Source: Eledone cirrhosa
Taxonomy: Eukaryota
NCBI GenBank assembly: GCA_964016885.1
Contig: OZ024741.1
Coordinates: 139,748,001-139,812,000 of the forward strand
Direction of reading: 5' to 3'
Length of the DNA stretch: 64,000 nucleotides
The translations under genes and the position numbers were made by a program. Each line of letters begins with the position of its first letter. Positions within the stretch are counted from its first letter, which is position 1. The notes under the pieces are model-generated. The model ran no database searches and had not been told where the DNA came from. It saw only the letters and a program-made list of their open reading frames with translations. Of the stretch, positions 45,573 through 59,290 are shown piece by piece.

Positions 45573-46307
45573 GTATGTATATATGTATGCATGTATCTAA
45601 TTGTGTATATGTACGTATATAAGTATGTATGCATGGATTCGTGTATGTATGCATCTATGTAAGTATGCATGGATTTATGTATGCTTTTATCTATGTATAA
45701 ATTATTGTATGTATTTATTTATGTATGTTTTTATGTGTGTATGTATGAATTATCATGGCCGAAAATACGGCGTACATATGCAGAAGTATGCAGGCCTTCC
45801 AGCGTCGTAGTAAGTCACATCAAAGTAGATAAAGAGCCATAAGAGGCCAATAAAGTCATATCAAGAGCGTAGCACACCTACCAACTTTGTGCTAAACACT
45901 ATAAATCATACGCAGGCCGAAAAATGCCTCTTCGTTTTCAAGACTCACAATAAAGTCGTTTAATAGCCATGCCCGATCACAGGGTGGCTGACATTATGTA
46001 TGAATGTATGAATGTTTGCATGTATGTATGCATGTATCTATGTATGTATCTATGTATATATCTATGTATGTACCTGTGTAAATGTGCATATAGAAAGGGG
46101 CGTGTTAAGGAGATGCAAATTGCTAAAACTAAGATTCACAACAAGAGACTGTTCAATGAATAATATGTGTTCGTGGTTGATGTGCAACGTAGACTTTATT
46201 TAGATCGATATTTTACATTCCATTAAAGGGCTGTATATGCCAATGTAGATTTTAAACACAATGCCTCTTTCTCAAAAATGTATTACCATGAAAGAAATAT
46301 TATCAGC

Positions 46308-46343
<36 letters not shown>

Positions 46344-46348
<5 letters not shown>

Positions 46349-46969
46349 AGTATGTATACGTACATACATATATGTATACAGGCATACATATATATATATA
46401 TGTACGTATGGATTCACCGAACATTTATTATAATGCTCGGTGTGTTTGTAAACAAACATCCCGTATTAAGCCGTAGTGTCTAGCAACCATCGTTGCTCGT
46501 TTGTTCAACACTGACAAAGGAACGCTGTACTAGTTTCAAGCTTATTAGCTATCGTCAGCAACGTATACCTTCCTGCCAGCCGATTGAACGTCTGAAAGTA
46601 TATACTTTCCTTATGCATATTAACGGCTGAGCAGCCTAATTTGCATATCGAGTGGGTTAATCCGCCATTTGTACCAGAAAAGATAAACGGGAAAAATGAA
46701 ACGAAATTTCATTTCCCACTCTTAGTACGGCTGTTACTTAAATATAAGTATGTATACGTACATACATATATGTATACAAACGTACGTTCAAAAATCTGGC
46801 AGGAAGGTATATGTTGCTGACGATAGCTAATAAGCTTGAAACTAGTAGGGCGTTCCTTTGTCAGTGTTGAACAAACGAGCAACGATGGTTACTAGACACT
46901 ACGGCTTAATACGGGATGTTTGTTTACAAAAACACGGAGCATTATAATAAATGTTCGGTGAATTCATAC

Positions 46970-47028
<59 letters not shown>

Positions 47029-47157
47029 CATGTATGTATATATGTATACATACTAATGTACGTATGTATACATATATGTATGTACGTATACATACTTATA
47101 TTTAAGTAACAGCCGTACTAAAAGTGGGAAATGAAATTTCGTTTCATTTTTTCCGTA
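46344..47157. mobile_element. Family M foldback/partial-tandem element
   Basis: 46400-46590 is inverted at 46785-46975; 46688-46775 is inverted at 47060-47155. Confidence 0.82.
46522..46564 (-). ncRNA. Canonical minimal hammerhead (mirror copy 46811-46853 +)
   Basis: ACGTTG-CTGACGA-TAGCT AATA AGCTT-GAA-ACTAGT-A-CAGCGT: 6-bp stem I, palindromic stem III. Confidence 0.85.
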
Positions 47158-47165
47158 TATGTATA

Positions 47166-47246
<81 letters not shown>

Positions 47247-47328
47247 CCTATATATATATATACATAAATGTTTGGTCACTTGTGTATATACATATATATA
47301 TATATATATATACATATATATATTTTCA

Positions 47329-48408
47329 TATAAATACAATATCGGAGAAAGTTTTTAGCGATACTCCGGCCAAATTCTAACTCACTCAACAAACATTAGG
47401 AGATAAGTGAGTATATTCCTAATTAAGCGTTCGGGGTGTTAACTAAATGTATTGTGTGGAAAATTGGATGTATTTTTTGATATGAGTCATATCGAATATA
47501 TCTCTTCCCAGGCGGACGTCTCGTTTCATTATAAGATTCCTACAATTTGGATGAAATTATACCAATTTATGTAGGAGCTTGTATAAGATCAACAGATATA
47601 TATTCAAGTGGGCTCTCATAATTCATCAGTGGGTGCCCCAATAATACTAATATTGATAATCTAACCAATATCAGTATTTAGCGATAATCACCATCAGTGC
47701 CTGAGGTATCTGTTAGCTTGCTACTCCAGCAGTTCTAAAGAGATACTCAAACTGATTCAAAAATGAGGAAGTATATTACCGCCAAAAAAACAATACTTGC
47801 GCAGGGCAATGAATTCTAAAAGGAATTCAGGCCACGTGTAGAACTCAATTGGAATTTGAAAAAATATCTACGTGTGTACATCGTTTGATAACCCACATAG
47901 ATATTTTCTCGGGCAAAATAACAGAATAAGATACAAGAAACAATCAATATTCATATATACAAAAATAAACAAAGAGAGTTCAAACCTTATATCGGGAATT
48001 TCATATCTGTTGCACCAAGAGTATATAAATAAATACAATATCGGAGAAAGTTTTTAGCGATACTCCGGCCAAATTCCAATTCACTCAACAAACATTAGGA
48101 AATAAGTGAGTATATTCCTAATTAAACGTTCGGGGTTCTAACTAATTGTATTGTGTGGAAAATTGGCTGTATTATTTCATATGAGACATATCGAATATAT
48201 CTCTTCCCAGACGGACGTCTCGTTTCATTATAAGATTCCTACAATTTGGGTGAAATTATGCCAATTTATGTAGGAGCTTGTATAAGATCAACAGATATAT
48301 ATTCAAGTAGGGTCTTATAATTCATCAGTGGGTGCGCAATAATACTAATATTGATAATCTAACCAATATCAGTATTTAGCGATAATCACCATCAGTGCCT
48401 GGGGTATC
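47329..48408 (-). mobile_element. Family P: ~380-bp direct repeats (47329-47710, 48028-48408), each with an HHR (47507-47633, 48206-48332)
   Basis: CCCA-CTGATGA-ATTATRAGA..branched..TCTTATAAT-GAA-ACG AGA CGT-C-cgyc-TGGG in both repeats, offset 699 nt. No ORF. TA-rich flanks. Confidence 0.82.
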
Positions 48409-48425
48409 AATATATATATAGATAT

Positions 48426-48506
<81 letters not shown>

Positions 48507-48551
48507 CATATATTTATATATATATATATGTATGTATATACATATATATAG

Positions 48552-48601
48552 TGTGAGTTGAAAAGAGAGAATGGTCTGCCATTCTCTCTTTTCAACTCAC
48601 A
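48552..48601. repeat. Perfect 23-bp hairpin
   Basis: tgtgagttgaaaagagagaatgg-tctg-ccattctctcttttcaactcaca. Confidence 0.9.
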
Positions 48602-48789
48602 GACATAAACACACTCACCCTAATACGCAGAGATACGCACACACATATATATAAGTATGCATTGTTCATTCATTTTCAGCTATATATATATATATATATA
48701 TATCTATAGCTATATATATATATATGTATATATGTATGTGTGTGTGTGTGTGTATGTGCAGGAGGTGGGGAATGTGGCGATAAGTGCGG

Positions 48790-49411
48790 GACTGAGAATG
48801 AATGATATTAAGACGTATATCTGGTAGAGAACATTAAGAAGCTAGAGAAGATTAAGGATGTAGGCGGGAAGCCGCTAGAGTTAGTCGAGTACTTTCTGTA
48901 TCTCGGAGCAAAGATTGGGAACCCAGAGTATGATGTGATTAAGCGGAAATGCAAAGCCTGATGACATGTAACAGATAGAGATCGGTGTGGAAGTCGGAAC
49001 TACGTAAATACCTGAAGATCCGTCTCTTTGTGGCTAAAGTGGAGTGTGTGATACTGTACGGGTCTGAGACTTGAACACTGATCAAAAAGCTCACTCAGAT
49101 GGTGGATGGGTGCTACACGAGGATGCTGAGTATGGCTCCGAACATTAGTCAATATACACTGAGGATGAAGAACTCAAAGTTGTACTGGAGCCTCCCAAGA
49201 GTCAGCTCAAAAGTAAGACAGAGGAGACTGAGTTTAGCTGGACAGCACTCAGTGCTCCTGTGGTAGTCCCTATACGGACACACTTGCAGATATATATTGA
49301 TGCCCTAAGGACATACACAAGTTTCCTTGTGACGCAGGATATGGCGGCGATGATGAAAAACAGAGACCGCTGGAGAGAATTCATCTATGGCTCTCGGGAG
49401 TTTTACCCGCC
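48790..49411 (+). mobile_element. RTE/RTE-X-like LINE 3' fragment, decayed RT C-terminus
   Basis: LELVEYFLYLGAKI...VWKS...KIRLFVAKVECVILYGSET*TL...DGCYTRML, with stops. Same 3' end as 25078-25411. Confidence 0.88.
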
Positions 49412-49423
49412 ATATATGTATAT

Positions 49424-49479
<56 letters not shown>

Positions 49480-49906
49480 TCCGTTTTTTAATTCTTTTTG
49501 TAAGAATTTCTTAATCTGAAAACGTGTGTTGTAACAGATATTTTTATATTTTGTGAGGGTCAAGCTGCCAATAATATTATGATGCACCATTTTATATATA
49601 TATGTATATAGTTATGTAATAAACAACATAAGATAATTATTTCATTTACCATTGGTTTCTTGACAGCAAACAAAATTTGCTTTCAGTCATCAGAATGGTT
49701 TCTCAAATCCACTGTCTATAATTGCACCAGGATTTTTTCATTCAAATGATTGAAAGCAAAGTGGGTAATATTAAATAGTAACCAATTACATGTATGAGTG
49801 TAGCTCAATGTAAAATAACAAATACAAAACAGAGGCGAAATACTTTATAAATAACAATCAATGATTGTTCAAGAATATGTTTAAAGTATATGTATATATG
49901 TTTACA

Positions 49907-50397
<491 letters not shown>

Positions 50398-50708
50398 CTG
50401 GTTCGGGACCCGGACGGCTGCGCTCCGCCTTTTTCAACAGCTTGATCCGAAACGCCCGGTGCTCAGATGTCACTCCCATAATTTATCATATTACCCACTC
50501 TACTACCCCAAGTATCGAGTACACTGGTGAGTAATGGTCTAATTGGTTTTTTCCGCCTCCATTCTGATATATATATATATATATATATTTATATACATAT
50601 ATATATATATATATATACACCCACACATACACCCACACACAAACACACACATACACACACAGACACAATCACCCATACACACACACATACACACAGGCAC
50701 ACACACAC

Positions 50709-50758
<50 letters not shown>

Positions 50759-51399
50759 ATATATATATATACATACATACATATACATATACATATATGT
50801 ATGGGGTGGAGTGGAAGAAGTAGGGGGGTGAGATATCTAGCTGGATGGATGGATAGATATGAGTTCGTGTGCATAAGGTTGATATGTTCATGTACAAACA
50901 ACATAATGGTATATTTAAACGTATCTACGTTTGAATTCCTAATATCAAAAGTAACTTCTGATCATCGTACATTTTAAACACTACTTCATATATTTTATGT
51001 TCGTGTAACTTATTTGCATTTAATATTCAACCATAAAATTGAATATAAAATCGTAAAATCTATAGTTATGGCTCTACGAGAAATAACATGAAATATTTTA
51101 CTGCTTTATGCTCTCATTGGCTTCAGGCATAGGACTATGGCAAAGCTCTAGCTCGACTAAGATATAAGCCAGCTTAACGAGCCCAGTACTCGTTTGTATA
51201 ACCAAATATTGTCGTCATTTTCTGTCAAACCGTTAGTTTACCTGATCCCGACGTAAAGAATCAGGGACACACATGAATCTATCTCTTTCTATATATATTG
51301 AAAACTTAAAACGTTCGTGATTTCTTCAAAAATCACGTGTCATTGAGAAACTTGGGTTTAAATAATGCAAAGCCTTACCTTTTTTAAGAAGGTTTCTAT

Positions 51400-53198
51400 A
51401 TTAATGTGTCAAGTAATTTGATGAATATTTATATTTTTTATTTACATTTACCGGTTTCAGCAGTTTACAGCGTTTTCAAAAATGTATTCGTGACAGATTT
51501 TCTAAAAAAAATTATTTTCTTAATATTATTTATATTTATCCCTGTGTTTGGTCACTTGTGTTATTAGTGAGTATAAGAGAGACAGTTGGTTTTATCTTCG
51601 TCACTTATGTCGATGAAAATAAATTTCAATACCAGCGGCGTAATTCAGGCTTGCTTATGTTTTTTCTTCGATAAAAAATATTTAAATGCGTACAAAACTG
51701 AGTTTGGGTTTGAATATACTTTTGGAAAATCTTTCCATACTAATCCGTTTTCCTTGGGTAAAATTTTCACAATAGTGCTAGAATGGGAAAACTTCGAACT
51801 TTGGCAGAATTCGTTCTCCACATTCCTCTATTAGTTGGTTTTTCTTGTGTCTTTCTTGTGCATCGATTCCTGATTTGATTAGGTTAAATTGCCTTTTGTC
51901 TTCGGAGTGAAGTGCCTGTTTGTCCCTTATTTGTGGTAGCCTTTACACGATATATGTACAATAGATTTTTCCCAGTTGCAAGAGAAGTCATTTTTAACTT
52001 GAAGATGGGACCGTCTTTGAAATTAAATTCGTTAACTTCTAACAGGCAGTTGCATACTCCACAGTGAGGTTGATTGTGCCAACATATGTCAACCTTGTAC
52101 ATGGGATACCAGGAATTACAAATTAACTAAACAAAAACACAACATATTTATGGGAATAATTTAGCCGACTACATAAAAGAAAACTGCAAGAGCTACTTGG
52201 AGAACTGCTTTATATTATGGAGTGAGACACTTGACCAACTAAAGAGATTTTTAAACCCTCAACAATGATATAAGCCCAACAATACTCTCTTTTCAAATCT
52301 TCTCATCCTTTTTAACTAGCTAGGCTTATCTGTAAAATAGTCTCTAGCCCAACACCCAGAGACAACATACTAAAGGGGATGAAACAAATACGTATCAAAA
52401 GAGAATCTCCTCATAATTTAATCACCAACAGTATCCCAAAACCAAGTGAAATACACATCCCGAGAAGCAAAACAAAACAAGAAAAAAGTCATAGCATACA
52501 TTTCAACTTTCAATCCAAAGACAATAGACATGTACACACCATACAGCTAAACGTACCGATCTTAGTAGAGGACAAGATAATGAAAAATATGGTACAGAAA
52601 CACCCAATCATGAAAGGTAAATGACAACCAAAATCACTACGAAGGTAGTAACGTATGAATAAGTACAAACTGATATTAAAAACCTGAATTAAAAAGGTAC
52701 AACAGACATCACAGCGGAGTATACCACGACCTGGCAACAAATTAAAATTTGAAAGATTATTATATATTTAAAATTAAAATGGACTCACAGACCAGAAAGA
52801 TCCCTGTAAGCCAACATATAGATATAATGTGCCAACATAAGCCAACATATAGATATAATCCAAATGTGGATGTCTTCCCAATACGCGTGTAGTTTATATT
52901 TTACATAGGAAAAACGGATTAGTAAAGTAATATTTTTCAAAATTAAATTCACATTAAAATTTTAATAGTTTACATACATAAAAATTGTTATTAAAAGACA
53001 TATTTTAATGAACCATGTTATCTTCGACATAAGAGACGAAGGTAAATCCAGTTGTGTCCCATGAAATCAGCAATAATTCAGGTGACCCGCCTCGTGAGGT
53101 AAACATAAACGAAAGGACTTTTCTTTTGTAGAGTTTGTAACGATAATCTTTTCGAAAAGAAACATATAAATAATCATTAAATTACTTGGTACATTAAT
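51400..53198 (+). mobile_element. Old PLE relic: reverse-transcriptase fragment (~52075-52260) between diverged inverted repeats
   Basis: VPTYVNLV/MGYQE...IKENCKSYLENCFILWS resembles APxYANLxMG...WxRYxDDxFxxW. 51400-51770 is inverse-similar to 52895-53198. Confidence 0.65.
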
Positions 53199-53396
53199 AT
53201 ATATACAACCCGCCGAGGTTGACTTTGCCTTTCATCCTTACGGGGTCGATAAAATAAAGTACCAGTAATGCACTGGGTAATTGCTGGCCTTGTGCCTAAA
53301 GTAGAAACAATTAAATTACTTGGTACATTAATATAAAAACCTAAATAAGCAAACGGGCAGTCATTGCCTATTTCAAGCCTTATTTTTCAGATATGT

Positions 53397-53491
<95 letters not shown>

Positions 53492-56400
53492 CACACACAC
53501 CACACACACACACACACAAACATAAACATATATATATGTTGCTTTTGCAAGGTTTTTGATATGAAATCGTATGTCGAAACAAATATTGTTATACTTGGGG
53601 AGGGTCATATTGTTATAATATTGCCAGAAATAATAACAATATATATCAATATATATATATATATATATATATCAAAGGTAAAACCATATATGCAAAGATC
53701 AAATTCATGTAGAGCTATATGTATGAAAGTAAATAATTAATATTCAATCACAAATGTAATTACGTAATCCTATTACTCACTGCAGCTCCACCATAAGGAA
53801 CACAATACAATTTACAATTTATGTAAAATATGTGCGTTATATATTTTCCAATATTCATCTTATAACACTGGCCTATATATTGTACTGATTGACTTGAGAT
53901 ACATTGGGAATATTTGAAATAATTCCTGATATAAATGACCATATTAATAGTTGATCACTACAACGTTGATTGATTTGTTTATTATCGCATGCGCTATTAA
54001 TTTTCAATACGGAGCTGGATCTGTTAGACAAAATTAAATATAAATATATTTTGGGCAACTGACAATTTCAATCCGCACAAGGTTATTATGGTCGATTTTA
54101 AACTCGGCTTCTGTCCACTTCCTCCCGTCTACAGGGATATTTATTCGATTTTCTCCTCTATTCTGAACTATTTCTATTATCGTTTTTATTGCGGCACGCA
54201 CATTTCAAATTTAAAAAATGCATCCAGTGTTTCGTACCTCAACCCAATATATACAATTATACTTACTGGCTTAAAATCTAAATGTCAAGTAATATTTGGC
54301 GAGGGATCCATTAACATAATGTTCAAAGCACATACCCGTTATCTGTGAGAGGAGGGGTCCGCTTTCTTGGAGGCAACTCTATTCACTTTCCACGTTCTTG
54401 TGAACGGCAATTATTATGTTCATTCTACGATATGGTTTTTACCTCAATGCTGCAATTTCTTTACACAGCATCATTTCATGCCTATTAAATTTAAAGAAAC
54501 TACTTATGCAACTTCATTTAATGACACACTCTTAAAGTTTAAAGCTGGCTATTATCCTTCTATAACTTCAGGAACATTAAAACAAAATTCGGTTTTAAAA
54601 ATTATTATCGTATGTAAGATATATTACAAAATAAAAGAGTATAACAGTATATTTATTTAATATGCTGTACAGCAGCAAGAATAAAGATATGCACATATCA
54701 GTAAATCTAACCCATTGGTTCCCGTATTTCTAATTACAAACACTGCATTTAAATTAATTAATGAAGAATTTAGAGGGATAAAGTACCAGTAATGTAATTG
54801 TGCCAAAAGTAGAAACAATTATTTAAGTTAGTATTTTTAACATAACAAAGCAGAAACTTTGTTGAAAGATATTAATTTAGATATCGTTTAAAATGGGAAG
54901 CTTTCATTATAGTGCTTAATGCATGATGGTACCAAAAGGGTTAATCATAGAACATTCAATGTAATTAATAAACCTGATGTTAGATGTTGTTCTGCGGTCA
55001 GTATAATCTATTTTACGCTACATCCAATTGTCTGAGCTTCTGCTCATTTTAGAAGGAGTTACTGTATGCATGTTCTCACAGAATCATCGAAATTGCTTAT
55101 ATATTTCTCACAAAATTAATCGAAATGGCTGCGATCCGTTGAAACTTTATTCTTCTACGGGTTTGCTGCTACCTTGCTGAGGTACCGCATTGAAAGGATT
55201 TTGCCAATTATATGGACACCAGTACATGTTTTCCTTTTTATGTCTGGTTTCTCCGATTTACTGGAACAGTTACCCACTAAACCACATTCCTTCACGAACT
55301 CAATAGTACATTATAATACATAAGAATACACTGATAATGAATGCGCTCGTAATGTACGTATGCATACATATAAAAAATAGATGTATATATAGGAAAATGT
55401 TTAACCGCGATGAGCTCAGGCCGTTTCAACGGCTATTTCTGGAGGCCAGAAATAGCCGTCGAAACGGTTGAGCTCTGCCGTCGGGGTTAAACATTTACCT
55501 ATTACCCACTCTACAGTCCTAAGTATTGAGTTCTCTGGTGCGTTACGGTCCATCTGGTTCCTTACCACACTTTCTTCGTTATATATATATATATAAATAT
55601 GCATCTACAGGATTTTATGTAAACATGTAAGATGTGATAGATAGATAAATAGAGAGAGAGTGAGAGAGAAAGAGTATCAAGAAAAGATTGTTTGATTTAC
55701 TAACGAAATCGAATCATCCATCAAGCAAAATGATTCATCTCCTACTATCCTAGGTCCATATTTTGAAACATAATACACATAAATTCATCTATAATCTTCT
55801 ATAACACTCAAACATAACTCAATTAAATTGAACTAAGTATATCAAAGGAACTATTTAAATTTTGAAACCGCTCCTTAAAATTTTACAAGAATTCAGTGTT
55901 CGGGGAGTGTTAAAATGTTGGTAATACACCATATATACCCCTCTCAACAATATCGTTTACGACAGAAAATAGAAGCCATGTTTGTTTCGTGATCGAGTTG
56001 AACGTTGTTCCTTACTGTTTAGCATTTCTCGTGTACAAACAAATATACGATAAAAATAGAAAAACATTACATTAGATATTTATTGTTGAAACAAAATGCA
56101 AGAATATGTAGAATTATAAAATATATAATGTATCTCCAATCCGTTTTATCTCACGTGCTATATAAAGCAGTCAGTGTAATATTTTACTGAAAGTCGATAG
56201 TGTAAGACATATCAAAAGTGTTTTAGCAGAAGCTTTTCAAATATATTAAAAATACAGTGTAAACTACCGAATAGATAATAGTTTTGAATAAATAAATAAA
56301 TGATGTGTATATAAATGTGTTCCTGGATTTGCTTTTATATATTTATATATTCCCGCTATGTAAATCTCTGTAAAATCGAGGAGTATTTTTACGATGCTGT

Positions 56401-57708
56401 TTAAAATGTCGTATACATTTGTCAGGCGATGAAATGACAATGTCGATAGAACGTGGAGGAGAATGCCTCTTGATGATCATTGTGGCTCTGTAGGGTCTCA
56501 AAGTAAATTTGGCTGACGCCAAACTAGCGTTTCAGCTTTCAAGGTCGACAAATAAAGAACCAGTTCAGTGCTGGGAACAAACTCTCTCTCTCTCTCTCTC
56601 TCTCTCGCTCCCTCACACGCCCCCCCCCCCCCCCGCACACACACATATATATATATATATATGAAATTCGTCGTTTTGGAAGCCTCAACAATGCAGATGG
56701 GGAAATCTCCGGGTAACAGAATCAGGTGGTGAAGAGAGAGATGTAAGAGGAAATGTAGAATGAGACGTATAGTGTGTAGAGGAAGGTAGGAAAGAGTGTA
56801 AAAAGAATAACACGAGATAGAGTTACATTGGAAGTGATTTAATTGTCACTATATTTCAGATATCGAATTCATCAACTGGTGGGTTTTCTGAGGGGAAAAG
56901 CTTTTAGTCGGAGAGGAACGTTCGTGGCCTCTGTTGTCCGCCGTCTGTGTACAACTGATATATATATATATATATATACATGGCTGAATACAATAAATGT
57001 AATCTGATTTTTTCGAGTATTAATGATATCGATTCGTTGCAATTATTTTTTTTTTATTTGAATATGGAAAAGCCGGCCATTGATCGCTCGTATACAGGAA
57101 ACTACCTGGCAAGTCTGCTGATATGCAAATATGGCTGATCAGAGGATCTGCTAATATGCAGATCTGACTGATCAGCAGGTCTGCTAATATGCAAATCAGG
57201 CCGATCATTCACTGTATATTTTAGAAAATATATATTTTCACTAGCTCTGACAGTTGGCAGGTGAACAGTGAACTGTATTGATGAAGGCTAAAACCCAGAA
57301 ACAGTGTCTGCACTTCTGTTTATATGCCAACACAAGAGCACGAATGAGGGGCTCATTCTAATGACATGGCTTTAAAAATGAGGCGTATTTGCATAATTGC
57401 AAACTAATTGAATATTATTATTAATATTGGTAGTATCGGTAGAGGGTCGGACGCCATGCTTTCCAGCATAGTTACGTCCCTTTACGATCTGAGTTCAAAT
57501 CCCGCCGAGGTTGACTTTGCCTTTCATCCTTACGTGGTCGATAAAATAAAGTACCAGTAATGCACTGGGTAATTGCTGGCCTTGTGCCTAAAGTAGAAAC
57601 AATTATTAATATTCGAAAAACTCAGGTTACATTTATATACATATATATTTACAAATATATGTCTGAGTGTGTGTGTTTATATCAATGTATATATATATAT
57701 ATATATAT

Positions 57709-57900
57709 ATTAAAATAACAGATTTAAGCAAAGAATCGCTGCTTTCACCCTTAACGAGATCCCGTTAAGGGTGAAAGCAGCGATGCTTTGCTTAAACTTT
57801 AATCTGTTATTTTAATAAGTATTTGCTCTAGTTTCTTATATATTTGATATATATTTATCCTTATCGAGCCCTCTTTGGATTTTAGTCTTCCAATTTTTAT

Positions 57901-57957
<57 letters not shown>

Positions 57958-58647
57958 TAATATATGTTCTGGTACATATGCTTTTGGTTATGTCTATACG
58001 TGAGTTGTGCGTCTGTGTGAGTATGCTGGTTCGTACGTATGTAGGGTGTGTGTATATGTGTACTTCATGTTTTGGTTGACGTAGTCTCCGAACATTTGTG
58101 TATTTACATATAGGTATATGTGTGCGTTTGTTATATCCGTATTTATTTATTTATATACGTTTATTTAATTATTTGTATACACGCACACACACATATTTAT
58201 ATGTGCGTGTATTTGTATACCTATGGCGAGTGTTTTCGCGTATGCTTGTATATGTACGTATTTGGATGCGTCAATGTATTTATTTATTTCAATTACCTCT
58301 GTATTTTATTTACGTTATACTTAACTCTGAAGCGGAGAATCATTCGGTTTCCTAGTTAGAATTTTAGTCTACGACTTCAGTTATACCATTTACGTGGTTT
58401 TGTCCTTGCGTGCAATTGTTCTTCCTGTCTTCCTCCGGTTGCAACGTTTTTTGAAATATTAATTTCTGCGTTTACAGATTGACTTTGTTAGTTTCAGAAG
58501 ATCCCGTTAAGGGTGAAAGCAGCGATTCTTTGCTGACACTTTAATCTGTTATTTTAATAAATATTTGCCCTACGGTTCTTATATATTTGATATATATTTA
58601 TCCTTATCGAGCCCTCTTTGGATTTTAGTCTTCAAATTTATTATTAT

Positions 58648-58650
<3 letters not shown>
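57709..58650 (+). mobile_element. Family J: foldback (57709-57903) plus a longer tandem copy (57954-58650). Fragment at ~16600-16690
   Basis: gatcccgttaagggtgaaagcagcga...ttaatctgttattttaata in three places. HHR-like AGTTT-CAGAAGA-TCCC..GGGT-GAAA-GCAG..TTGCT-T-AAACT. Confidence 0.75.
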
Positions 58651-58685
<35 letters not shown>

Positions 58686-58920
58686 AGTTAAAGAATGAAT
58701 AGTAACCTGGTTGTCTGTATAATAAGGTGCTTTATTTGAGGTACTGACAATTGTTTCCTTGATCAGGCGAGTCTAGATTTCGCTAATCGCTTGAAGTTGC
58801 GTCACTCGATCTCTAATGCCTTATTTAGCTCTGGTCAACACATCAGAGATATTTAATTTGTTGGTAAATCAACAAATCTATCCATAACAACTTCGAAGAA
58901 CTAAATAGAAGACCTGGAGT

Positions 58921-59290
58921 ATAATATCAATGATATTAATAGATGGAAACTATATTTATATAACCATATTTATTTTATTATATATATATTTCAAGGGTAC
59001 TCAAGACGTTGGTACGCTCGCATCAGATAAAATACAAAATTGTTTTAATAAATAGCGACATGCCCAGAAACCAGACCTTATCGGTTCAGGTTCCGTTTGG
59101 ATAGTCCAAATGGAACCTGAACCTATAAGGTCTGGTTTCTGGGTATGTCACTATTTATAAAACAAATTATGTATTTTATCTGATGAGGGCGTACCAATGT
59201 CTTTGGTACCCTTGAAATATATATATATAATAAAATAAATATGGTTTCATAAATATAGTTTCCATTTATTAATTTATTAATATCATTTAT
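58921..59290. mobile_element. Family H foldback, ~180-bp arms centred near 59101
   Basis: Near-perfect palindrome (tcaggttccgtttgga..tccaaatggaacctga at the centre), with an HHR on each arm. Confidence 0.85.
59172..59237 (+). ncRNA. Type I hammerhead with (AU)6 stem III
   Basis: TATTTTAT-CTGATGA-GGGCGTACCAA TGTCT TTGGTACCCTT-GAA-ATATATATATAT-A-ATAAAATA: perfect 8-bp stem I, triplet AUA. Confidence 0.86.

Noticed and set aside
54088-54660. Adjacent ORFs of 86 and 97 aa
   Set aside because: No recognisable motif or splice signals; possibly a decayed TE, not callable.
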